In this document: positions 1-13,975 of the stretch, piece by piece
Numbering within the stretch: the first letter of the stretch is position 1
Layout: every line of letters begins with the position of its first letter
From: Octopus sinensis
Lineage: Eukaryota
Length of the DNA stretch: 64,000 bases
Direction of reading: 5' to 3'
NCBI RefSeq assembly: GCF_006345805.1
Contig: NC_043014.1
Span: 21,018,001-21,082,000, forward strand
Position numbers and translations under genes: made by a program
The notes under the pieces: model-generated
Databases searched by the model: none
What the model saw: only the letters and a program-made list of their open reading frames with translations
What the model was told of the DNA's origin: nothing

Positions 1-590
1 GTTTACTTCAGTTTTTCTCCATGAATTACTATTGGATGAAACTCAGTTGATTAAAGCTGATATTTTATTAATTATGTAATATGTAATAATTATTACATGT
101 AATTGATTATGTAATAATTAACTTTATTGAGTGAATAAGTAACGCTAGAATTTATTAACCATGACAATCCTTAGTGTAGCTAATTCTAAAGCAATATTAC
201 AATGTAAATGGAATTTTTTCAGTAGAGTCGGCGGCTGTTCTTTGAATGTTTTGATAGAGTCAAATGTCATACTTGGCACCTATTATCCGGCGGTATACAA
301 GCATCTCATTGATAAATGAGGTTGCTAGGTTTAATGACATCTTTAGAATAGAAATGCCTCGAATTTTTAATTTACAACATCACTCTGCTATCCGCGCTTG
401 TTTGATGACCGGTGGCAGTCCCACCCACTTTACATTTCTTAAATGTTGGTGATTCTGATCAGAAATTCCATTTGCTTATGTGTTTGATTAGCCAACATGT
501 CGCAGACAGCTTGTTGTATTGATTAGCCTGATGAGTTCAGAGTTGCATAGCATATTACGTTATCTTATGGATGTTGTGCAGACTGCTTAC

Positions 591-720
591 CTGACTGAAC
601 CATGTTTACGTCACAATAAAAACTCTTAATGAAACAATTGTAGCAATACCAAGTAACCAATTCGTATGTTTTCATCACGCCACACTTAAGCTTCCATTCA
701 TTGTTGAATACTTTTGAATA
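591..720 (-). CDS. Candidate 130-nt exon (YSKVFNNEWKLKCGVMKTYELVTWYCYNCFIKSFYCDVNMVQS)
   Basis: Strong donor CAG|gtaagc at 591/590, AG at 722-721 and an open frame of 43 codons. The acceptor is weak and no homology was recognised. Confidence 0.2.
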
Positions 721-892
721 CTATTGCAGTTGTGAATTAATTAACAACAATGAACTTTCCTTCATCGATGGCTTCCATGCTACGATAATGGATTATTTAA
801 CTGTCTGTTTTGCGTCATTCTGTCTGGCTAATTTGTGGCGGGCTTCAATTTGACATGCCTCGGTCCTTTATGACTCTCCTCTAATTACAACT

Positions 893-944
<52 letters not shown>

Positions 945-1224
945 GAAATTGGACCAATACGGTAATAACGAATTTTTTAGAGATTCCAATCGGTTTGTTT
1001 CGAGACGCATAAATTATAATGGTTTATTGACAATTATGTCTTTTTTTCGGCATATTTGGCATTAAAATTTTTCTTTTGCCCCTATCTTGTAAATTATTTA
1101 TAAATTTAACCTTTAAAGGTATTTTTTTGATATGCTGGCCATTGATAAAATTTTTTTCGGGAAAATTTTTTTATCCTATATTAGTTATATATATATATAT
1201 AAGGATGAAAGGAACACACGAGTT

Positions 1225-1680
1225 GATATATATGGAAAAAAAAAGGTCAAGATAGAAAATGCTAAAATAATTTTATAAAAAACATTTCAGTACCGGTTTC
1301 TCTCATTGAGATTTTTCAACTGTAAAAATTAAATAATTAAATTTAGAAAAATTAAAAGAAAAGTTTTTTTTAAAAGAATATTTGTATGGTGGCATTTTTC
1401 TTGTTTCTGCCTATCTCTGTCTCTCTTGTTTACTCTTGTGGGTTCGAGGTCCTTGTGAATTCTTGGTAGGGAAGAAGAAGGAAAACAAGGAAAATCCCAC
1501 TTGTATTTGAACACAATACAAATATTCTTTAAAAAAAAACTTTCTTTTAATTTTTCTAAATTTGATTATTTAATTGTTACAGTTGAAAAAGTCTCAATGA
1601 CTGAAACCGGTACTGAAATGTTTTTTATAAAATTATCTTAGCATTTTCTATCTTGACCTTTTTTCCAGATATATATGTAT
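1225..1680. repeat. Foldback element, arms ~155 bp, spacer ~130 bp
   Basis: ~1225-1385 is the reverse complement of ~1515-1672 with few differences. Confidence 0.93.
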
Positions 1681-1682
1681 AA

Positions 1683-1720
1683 CTGTCTGATGAACGTCAA
1701 CGAGAAACTCAGAGTAACAG
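1683..1720 (+). ncRNA. Type-I hammerhead ribozyme-like motif
   Basis: ctgt-CTGATGA-acgtcaacga-GAAA-ctcagag-TA-acag. Stem I is ctgt/acag and stem III is ACTC-A-GAGT. Stem II is weak. Confidence 0.6.
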
Positions 1721-1939
1721 ATTTTGTTGAATTTTCTGGTGCTTTAAATAAAGTATATATATATATATATATATATATAGGAAAAGTATTAGACTTATAA
1801 AGACTAAGTCCTGGGGTCGATTTCTTCAATTAAAACCCTTTAAGGAGGTGCTCCAGCATGGCTGCAGTCAAATGACTGACACATGGAAAAGAATATGTGT
1901 GTATGTATAAATGTTTTTACACGTGTGTAAGAACCTATG

Positions 1940-2014
<75 letters not shown>

Positions 2015-2293
2015 TGTAGTTATATTTGGTCATTTTGTCTAGGGTTTCTTTTTTTGCCAGTTAACCACACGCATTATATGCTCGTTCTTCGTTTCAGCTT
2101 TATTATTAATCTTATTTTAGTGTCCTTTGTCTGAAATCTTTCTCCACACATCCTGCACCCTCTTCAACGACTCTGTATCCCGCGAGTCCCATCTATCTCC
2201 TCATGCCTCATTTAATCCATTCTGTCTCTCTGATATGTGTCACTAAAGATTTCAGACAAAAGACGCTAAACTAATAATAATAATAATATAATA

Positions 2294-2328
<35 letters not shown>

Positions 2329-2353
2329 TAATAATAATAATAATAATAATATA

Positions 2354-2440
<87 letters not shown>

Positions 2441-2441
<1 letters not shown>

Positions 2442-2990
2442 GCCCTGATGCAGTACCAGGAACTGGCTCTCATGACTCCTGATTTTAACTGATTGGAAGT
2501 GTTATCATTGTTTTGTCTTGGTATAAAAGATGGGCTAACAGCAAATATTCTGCTCAATACCACAGATTTGCTTGTCAGTTGTTTGACCTTAACCAGTTGA
2601 GCATGTCCCTTGGTGGCTGGCGATATGTGCATATCTGATCACGAGCAGAAGTAGTGAGGGAGCATCATAGCCATGTGTTGAGAGGGATTCTTTGGGGTTT
2701 GGATAATTCACTTCCGGAAACATGGGTGTTTTGTTTACATCCTTAAACAACCCTTATTCAGGGACCTTTTGAGCGGGATCGGTTACTCGACCCGCAGAAA
2801 ATTCTACCTGGGCCCCACCTGCAAGGTCATGTGCTGTTTATCTTGATATGAGATCACCATGTCACACACATATGATTGTGATGCATATGCCTAGTGTACC
2901 CTTATCAGACTGGTAGCCATGATTCGTATACTGGACTTTGTATATTTTATCCCAGTGTCACTTTCATGGCATGCACTGCATTCTCACTCA
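2441..2990 (+). repeat. Family C ~550-bp non-coding interspersed element with (AAT)n tail
   Basis: Aligns end to end with the reverse complements of 36101-36657 and 39358-39872. No tRNA head, no TIR and no long ORF seen. Confidence 0.9.
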
Positions 2991-3002
2991 ATGATAATAA
3001 TA

Positions 3003-3060
<58 letters not shown>

Positions 3061-3061
<1 letters not shown>

Positions 3062-3224
3062 GGCGCAGGAGTGGCTGTGTGGTAAGCAGCTTGCTTACCA
3101 ACCACATGGTTCCGGGTTCATTCCCACTGTGTGGCACCTTGGGCAAGTGTCTTCTACTATATCCTCGGGCCGGCCAAAGTCTTGTGAGTGGATTTGGTAG
3201 ACGGAAACTGAAAGAAGCCTGTCG

Positions 3225-3258
<34 letters not shown>

Positions 3259-3534
3259 TATATGCATATGTGTGCGTGCGTGTGTGTGTGCGTGTGTGCG
3301 TGTGTGTATGTGCGTGTGTGTGCGTGTGTACCTGTTTGTGTGTCTGTATTTGTCCCCCAACATCGCTTGACAACCGATGCTAGTGTGTTTACGTCCCCGT
3401 AACATAGCGGTTCGACAAAAGAGACCGATAGAATAGTTCCTAGGCTTACAAATAATAAGTCATGGGATCGATTTCTTCGACTAAAGGCGGTGCTCCAGCA
3501 TGGCCGCAGTCAAATGACTGAAACAACTAAAAGA

Positions 3535-3537
<3 letters not shown>
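3061..3537 (+). mobile_element. Family A tRNA-derived SINE (OR2/CORE-like), full length, internal microsatellite
   Basis: A-box (TGGCTGTGTGGTAAG), B-box-like GGTTCATTCC, ccttgggcaagtgtcttc domain, central (AT/GT)n, tail ..gactgaaacaactaaaagagt. Confidence 0.9.
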
Positions 3538-3602
<65 letters not shown>

Positions 3603-4111
3603 AATACAGAACAGCCCTTCCTTAATTTTCTTAAGGCTAGTAGTAGTAAACATTTGAACTTTTTTTGACGGATAAGACCGCACCTAAAAAAAAAATCACT
3701 GATAGTGATGGTGATGATGGTGATGATGATAATAATGATAGTAATAGTGCTGATAATCTATCTATCTATCTACACACACACACACTCACAGAGTTCAGCC
3801 AACACAAACCTCACCTCGGCTCTTTAGATGTTAACCAAATATGAAAGTATTATTTGACAGGCAAGAACTCTGGCGTTGAAGACAGCCAGCCAGCCAACCA
3901 CCAAGCCAGCCAACGAGACAGACAGACACTACTGTGATGGTGATAATGATAAAAAACAAAAATAACAATAATAAGATACTGCTGTGACTACACATAAAAC
4001 AATATCATTGATGATGATGATGATGATGGTGATGGTGATGATGATAATGATGATGGTAATGGTGGTGATAATGATGATAATGATAATAATGGTGATGATA
4101 ATAACAATAAT

Positions 4112-7100
4112 AAGCCGACTACGGCTGCTATAATTGTACGATTATAATTGTAACGACAATGATGACCGTCTCCCCACGAGCCAATCAAAGCTCAAAAATG
4201 ATAACATTATCGTAGCACCAAAATGTTTTTGGAAACTAAAAGGAAAACTAAATCAGTATACCAAATCGCTTGTCCTATGGTTAATCTGGAAGCGCGTCCA
4301 CCAGGGAAGAGCCAGCCTGGGATCGAAAAGTCATCAATTGGCACAAACTCTTCTCCGAATACGGACATGGATGGTCACTTGAACGGGAAATCCCCCAGCT
4401 CAAGCCCTCCAAGTTCACCACCACAACCACACGGAATCAAGACAGTAGGCCCTATTTGGACGAGAACAAATTGGCAAATGTGAGGAGGGATATCCTTAGA
4501 AATAACAGACTCACAGACAGTGAAATAAGCGCGATCAAGCACGCAACGGAAAATGACATAAATATAAGACACAAAGGAAATGAAGAATCAGATGAACATT
4601 ATAGCCTTGCCACGAGGCATAATTGAAAGACTGCCATCTGACCAAAGTACGCAAAGGCCTGAAGATACAAGAAATTCTATTGTACCTGTTAAAGATAGCC
4701 AGGAAAATGATAAAACAACAGTAACTGAAGATCTCGCATTTGCTGAAGAACACAGAGAGTCTATGGCAGAAATGAGGCAGAAAATCCTGAATACGCTTGA
4801 AGTTGTAAGACATACAAGTATGAATGATAGAGAACCACTTCATAAACTCTCAAATACAAACCAAAATTAAAAAAACAAATCCAAATTGGCAACTATATAA
4901 CAAATGAAATAATACAAGAATTAAAACCTGATTTTACTGAGTTAAATGAAATTATTTACGCTTCTGCTAGGGCAATTGAAACCAGCTGTATGCCCCCGAA
5001 AAAACAAAGAAAACCAAACCTGGGAAGAAATCAAACCTGGAGAAGTAAAATTGAAAAAGAGATTGAATTTATGAGAGGGGAAATATCAATATTAAATTAA
5101 CTAATATGTGGAAATAATGTAAGATCCAGAACAGGAAGAAAGACGAAGAGAACATTTGGATCCTCACCAAGAGAAGAACTGATATCAATAAAAGAAACGC
5201 TGAAACAAAAAGTCCAAGTAAAAGCCCAAAGAATACGAAGATTTGAGAAGAGAAACAAGTTTTACAAGCAAAATAAGCTGTTCACATCCAATGCCAAAAA
5301 ATTCTACAGAGAAATAGGGAAGAAGAAAGTAACCGTTAAAGACCCCCCTCCCATGGAAGACGTTCAAAACTTTTGGAAAAGGATTTGGAGTGACAAGAAG
5401 ACGTACAACATAAATGCAGACTGGATTATACAAACTGAAGGATCCTACCAAAATTTACAACAACAAGCATGGGAAGACATCACAATAGCAGACCTAAGAA
5501 AGGCACTCACGAAGGCCCATAATTGGAAATCCCCCGGTAAAGATAGGGTGCCGAATTTCTGGCTCGCATCGCTCTCATGCGCACACGGTAAGCTAGTTCA
5601 GCTGCTCAATGGAATTATGAGAGACCCAAAGAAAACACCTGAATGGTTAGCAAGTGGTATTACTTACCTACTCACAAAGAATAACGAAACCAACCTTCCA
5701 AAAAACTATCGGCCTATAACCTGTCTATCCACCACGTATAAAATCCTAACATCTATCCTGGCGGAGAAAACATATGCATTCATGGAGAAGAACGATATAT
5801 TCCCCATTGAACAAAAAGGGTGCCGCCGAAGCTCATACGGATGCAAAGATCAACTACTTATTAATCGTATGATCCTTGAGAACTGTCACAACAAGTGCAG
5901 AAATCTCAGCTCCGCATGGATTGACTATAAAAAGGCCTTCGACAGTATACCGCATCCATGGATCTTGAGATCGCTGGACATCTTCAAAATTTCCCCTGTG
6001 ATTTCAAACTTCCTGAAGCACAATATGTCGTTGTGGAATACGAATCTCCAATTATACCACTCTAATGGAGTACTTGCCTCAGAAAATATAAACATCAACT
6101 GTGGAATTTTTCAAGGTGACTCACTTTCACCTTTAATATTCTGCATAGCCCTAATACCCCTTACAAGTGAATTAAACAGAACAGGGTATGGGTATAAAAT
6201 TGCCAATAAAAAAAATAAGCCATCTATTTTATATGGATGACTTAAAACAATAATGAACTTGAAGGCCTATTGCGCACTGTGAAAGCATTCAGCGATGACA
6301 TCGGGATGGAGTTTGGACTTGATAAGTGTGCCAAGGCCACTTTCCAGAAAGGGAAAGTGAAGACCACAAATTCAGTCGTGTTAGATGTTGACACAGTCAT
6401 AAGAGAGCTTGAGCAAGAACAAACATACAAAGAGAAGATCAGGAAGGAATGTTATAGGAGAGTTCGTGCAGTCCTGAAATCTGAACTAAATGCACGTAAC
6501 AAGGTGTTAGCTATAAATTCCTTAGCAGTTCCAGTTGTTACTTATAGCTACAATGTGTTGAACTGGAATATTAGTGAAGTAAAGAATATAGATAGGAAAA
6601 TATGCCAGCTGCTGAGTTGTAATAGGATGCACCACCCAAAGGCAGACGTAGATCGCCTTTACCTTCCCAGAGACCTAGGAGGTCGAGGCCTGATCCAATT
6701 TGAACTAGCTTACAAAACAACCACAATTGGACTGGCCAAATATCTTGAAATAACGAATGACTGGATGCTAAAGCTCGTGGAAAATCACGAGAGACGAAAG
6801 AAGCTTCATTCTATAATAAAGGAAAGCAAAAAATTTGCTATTGATCTCGTGCAGGATACCCAAACTGAACAACCCGAGGGAAGTATGGCAACTATTGTTG
6901 CAAAGAAGGTGAAAATAATGGCAACAAAAAAAGCGCACGAGCAATTGGCTGATAGGTGGGAGGAGAAACCTCTGCACGGCAAATATGTGGCCCGCAGCAA
7001 ACAAGCTGATGTTGACCAGAAGCAAACCCATCAGTGGCTACGGAGCTCAGGGCTAAAAGCAGAGAGCGAAGGTTTCATCCTGGCAGCTCAAGATCAAAGC

Positions 7101-7894
7101 CTATTAACCCGGAACTACCAGGCCAATGTGATGAAAAATGGAGCCGACCCAAAATGCCGATTCTGCAACGACATGATTGAAACAGTGGACTACCTAATCT
7201 CTGGATGTAAAGTCTTAGCACCAGTGGAGTATAAATTAAGACATGACAGAGTTGGCCAATATCTACATGGCTAATAAGTCGGCATTACAATATCAAAACT
7301 GCCGACAAGTGGTATAATCACCACCCTGAGGCTGTAAGTGAAGGAGAAAATGTAACGATTCTGTGGGACTTTCCAGTATATACAGACCGAACCATCAAGG
7401 CCAATAAACCAGATATTGTTGTGAAAGACCAAAACAATAAAGTTTGCTTATTGATCGACATGAGCATCCCCTGTGATCATAATATCTCAGCGAAAGAGTT
7501 TGACAAGCTCAGAAAATATAAAGACCTACTCATTGAAATTGAGAAAATGTGGCATCTCAAGGCGGTTACAATACCAGTGATCGTAGGAGCACTAGGAATG
7601 ATCAAGAAGGGAACCGAAAATTATATGAGAATGATCCCTGGCTTACCATCCCTGCAAGAAGTGCAAAAGATTGTTTTAACTGGTACATCACACGTATTGA
7701 GAAGAGCATTGTCGATGTGAGAATTATTACTACCCATGTATTTTAATTTAACTTTAAAAAAAAAGAAAAAAAATGAACGAACTATTGAGTTTAGTTTAAT
7801 GGCCTACCAATATATACTATGAGTTTCTTTGCCCTAGGAGTCGGGAAGACACTCGGCAAGAAATGGAAGCAAATTTGAAAGAAGAAAAAAAAAG
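4112..7894 (+). mobile_element. Near full-length R4/Dong-type non-LTR retrotransposon (RT + CCHC knuckle + restriction-like endonuclease), disrupted by stops and frameshifts
   Basis: ORF pieces give KQKVQVKAQRIRRFEKRNKFYKQN (N-terminal region), NYRPITCLST, EQKGC, WIDYKKAFDSIPH, GIFQGDSLSP, frameshifted HLFYMDDL, CRFC..ETVDYLISGC..RHD, KPDIVV..LIDMSIP, PVIVGALG. The 3' UTR ends in (AAT)n at ~7895. The 5' boundary is approximate. Confidence 0.93.
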
Positions 7895-8136
7895 TAATAA
7901 TAATAATAATAATAACAATAAAGCAAAAGTGAAAAACGTAGTGCATGTGGTTATTTGGAAAAAAAAAACACAACACAATCCTGAAATATAATAATAACTG
8001 TTTCAACACACGATTTCACATAAAGAATCTTGCAGATCATGCATAAATGTATGTGTGTGTGTGTGTAAGTACCTATGTATATATGTATGTATTACACATT
8101 ATATATATTCATGCATATGTGAGTGTGTATGTATAT

Positions 8137-8173
<37 letters not shown>

Positions 8174-8227
8174 CAGACAGACAGAGACAGAGACAGAGAA
8201 TGCGTGTATGTGTGTGAGTGTGTGTGT

Positions 8228-8261
<34 letters not shown>

Positions 8262-8459
8262 GAGATTGAGAAAGGCAAGAAAGGCAATCCTTCTAAAACT
8301 TTTGAGAAATTCTTGCTAGGTTTATATTTCTTGTAGAAGAAATAGATGGAATCATTAGTTTGTGTTGAAGAAGTCCGTGTTAGCTTGGAAGATTGTTAGT
8401 GATCTAAAGTGACGTATTCTCAATTCAACTGTAATTTTATTGTCTGTGGAGTTCACCTG

Positions 8460-10736
<2,277 letters not shown>

Positions 10737-10879
10737 AGGTTAAGAAATCTTACAGTATAACTGAAAGTTTGGGGAAAGTGGCGAGGAAACTAGCGAACTA
10801 CCTCCACATAATACAACACCGATATTTAAATTGATAGGATTTTTCTATAAATGTGAGTAGTTAGTACGTGTCAGCACAA

Positions 10880-12190
10880 TATTTCGGATTTCTCTGCGTC
10901 ATGGTTCTCCTGGGATGTTGTCAAGATGTTTCAGACATCCGGGTTTTTTTATCATACTTAGGGCACTTACAATAACAGGAAGACTTTTTTTATTTTAAGA
11001 TTCCACATCTTTTGTATTTCAATTTCCAGTCCTTATATTTACTAAGTTTGTCAAATTCCTTTACAGATCTACTTCTATCAGTGGAAACACTTTGCATCTA
11101 TTAATTTACAAGTATTTTCTTCCCCGTCTTTAATGACAATGTCTGGTCAATTATCCTTGATCATTCTGTCAGTGTAGACTGGAAAATTCTACAGGATGGT
11201 AACATTTTTACCTTCAACGTCTGGCTCAATATGATGTTCATACCAATAAGCAGGATTGTCGATTTTGTAGTTTTTAAATACTTTCAATGGAAATACTGTT
11301 TTATCCTATCGTGGCCGACTTTTGCATTCGTTTGTCAGCACAGGGCACCCTCGAAAGAGATGGTCTATTGTTGCGTCAAATGTGTCGCAGAATCTGCATT
11401 TAGGGTCAGTACCGCTTTGAATAACGTTAGCCTGGTAATTTCTGGTAAGAAAGCTTTGATTTTGTACCGCCTTTAGTCTGTTCATTCTTGAACTTCTCTG
11501 CTATTGATGGGTTGTTGCTTGGTCTACATCAGCATTTTGACTTCAAAGGAATGTACTCTCAATGCAGGGTCTTGTGGCTCCACCAATCCTAAATTATTTT
11601 CAGTCTGTTCTTTTTTGCAATCTGCTTGATTCATTTAGCTGGTTTGGTAGAAACGCTCTCAGGTCCATCTAATTCAGCGTTAATGCCTAATTCCCTTACG
11701 AATTTATACGCTTCCTTGACTGCAACATTTTGCTGCTTTCATGTTTGCACACAAGCCGCAGCATCCAGTCCTCTGTACTACTTTAGTACCTATTTATTCC
11801 TATAGTGGAGGTCTTATAACAAAGTTCTAATTGCACCATTCCTCTTCTACCACTGCTTTCTGATAGGTATAGATGGGTCAGCGGCTGCCTTTAAGTGGGG
11901 TGTGTTCTTAGATGTCAATTTTCTTGTCCTCCTGTCCAGGCGTTGGAGCTCCGTAGGATTCTAGTTAACGATATTAAAAATGTATCGGAATGCTGGAAGT
12001 GCCAAGGTGCTAATGGTTTTGATTTGATTTTTAAAGTTAAGTCTTCAGTACAAACCTTATTCTATAGTACGCCTTATTTTTTCCTTCCTTCATTGTAGCA
12101 TGATGTACACCATCTCCTAGTTTAATCCCTCGTATTTATAACTTTCTTGTGGGTCAAGTTCTTTGATGGTAGCGTTAATATTTAATTTAA
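10880..12190 (-). mobile_element. Old, decayed R4/Dong 3' fragment
   Basis: Minus-strand translation gives TDPKCRFCDTFDATIDHLFRGCPVL, PDIVIKD..CKLID and EIEIQKMWNLK with many stops. Confidence 0.8.
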
Positions 12191-12204
12191 TGGAAGCTTT
12201 TGTC

Positions 12205-12570
12205 TGAGCTTGCCTCTTACAAAAGTTGTGAGTGGATTTGGCACATGGAAACTGAAAGAAGCCTTTGTGTGTGTGTGTGTGTGTGTGCGTGCGAGCGAGT
12301 GCGTGTACGTGCGTGCGAGCGAGTGCGTGCGAGCGAGTGCGTGTACGTGCGTGCGAGCGTGTCTGTGTGTCCCACTACTGCTTGACAACCGATGCTGGTG
12401 TGTTCACGTCCCCGTAACTTAGCAGTTCGGCAAATGAGACTGATAGACTAAGCTCCCGACTTTAAACAAAAATAAGTATTAGGGTCGATACATTCGATGA
12501 AAAATTCTTCAAGGCGGTGCTCCAGCATGGTCGCAGTCTAGTGACTGAAAAAAGTAAAAGATAAAAGAAA
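12205..12570 (+). mobile_element. Family A SINE, 5'-truncated
   Basis: Aligns to 3170-3535. Confidence 0.85.
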
Positions 12571-12977
12571 AAAAATGAAAGATTTATATGATTTAGTTAT
12601 AAGGAATCATTAGAATCTTGGTACAACAACATGTAGGGCGCCAGAAATAGCTAAGTACAGTAACAGAGCTCAGTGTGAGGTGATGCATCAATAAAATTCT
12701 ACCGAAACAGCTTTCGTGAATTTTGACCGCCATTTCTGTGAATGTGTGAATGTGTGTGTGCGTGTACGCACACACACACACACACACATACACACGAACA
12801 CACATACAGACACACATAAACACAGACACACAAACAAAACATATCTTCAACTCCGAAAATACTACTACACCATCAACAGGTCTACCATAACAGCACTGCA
12901 TGAACCCACGCTGCAAATGTTATCAACAATACTGTTACAGCTTCTCTACTTTACCACTACCAGAACTTGCAAGATAG

Positions 12978-13069
<92 letters not shown>

Positions 13070-13160
13070 GAAATGCACATATATGCATTTTCACACCGCG
13101 TGTGTATTGTTGGCAAATTTTTCCTCCGTCTTCCCTTCCTTGGATCTTTCCTTTTCCTAT

Positions 13161-13195
13161 GTTTCTGACGAAGAGCTCCGCTCGAAACGTTAAAT
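13161..13195 (+). ncRNA. Minimal (Penelope-type) hammerhead-like motif
   Basis: gttt-CTGACGA-A-GAGC-tcc-GCTC-GAAA-CG-TT-aaat, with palindromic ACGT in place of stem III. Confidence 0.65.
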
Positions 13196-13297
13196 CCTCC
13201 TTCTTTCCTTCCTTTCCTGAGCGTCCAATAACACTATACTTGTTCGACGTCCTCGCTTTGTTGTATTTTCTCATTGTGTTTTCATGTTTGGATTAAC

Positions 13298-13332
<35 letters not shown>

Positions 13333-13401
13333 TTGTGTGAATATGAATATATATGCATATATATATATATATATATATGCGTATGATCGATAGATAGATA
13401 C

Positions 13402-13466
<65 letters not shown>

Positions 13467-13616
13467 GAGATATCATATATGAGTGAGGGATTCTTGAGAA
13501 AGAGCCGGGATAGACAGATAATTAAAGACTGAAGGAAAGAAGATAAACAGTATCACTGATCTATTCTTGCCCTTTATCTCTTTCCCTCTGTCTAACTCAC
13601 TTGATCTTTTTTCTTC

Positions 13617-13782
<166 letters not shown>

Positions 13783-13943
13783 GACGGACAAACAGGCGTA
13801 GACATAGACCGTGGTAAAAAGAGAGAAAGTGAGACAGACAGCTGGTGATAAGCAGAGAGACGGAAACAGACTGTGGTAGTGAGAAAGACAAGAGGAAAAA
13901 AGGTAGTGCGTCCAAACCGAAAGTAAGAGAAATAAATCGTGAT

Positions 13944-13975
<32 letters not shown>

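Noticed and set aside
264-452. 62-aa plus-strand ORF
   Set aside because: It is short, has no recognisable motif and overlaps equally weak alternative frames.
2441-2780. HDV-like ribozyme at the 5' end of family C (GCCCTGA pairing with TCAGGG at ~2755)
   Set aside because: I could not place P2, P3, P1.1 or the catalytic C by eye. It needs a descriptor search.
3061-3135. SINE heads as tRNA genes (also 33797, 55785, 59421)
   Set aside because: They have A/B-box-like motifs but no complete cloverleaf, and they continue into SINE bodies present in many copies.
8290-8455. Possible minus-strand terminal exon (VNSTDNKITVELRIRHF..) and a 48-nt minus exon at ~14527-14574
   Set aside because: The acceptor pyrimidines come from a (GA)-rich repeat, no homology was recognised, and such signals are expected by chance in 64 kb.
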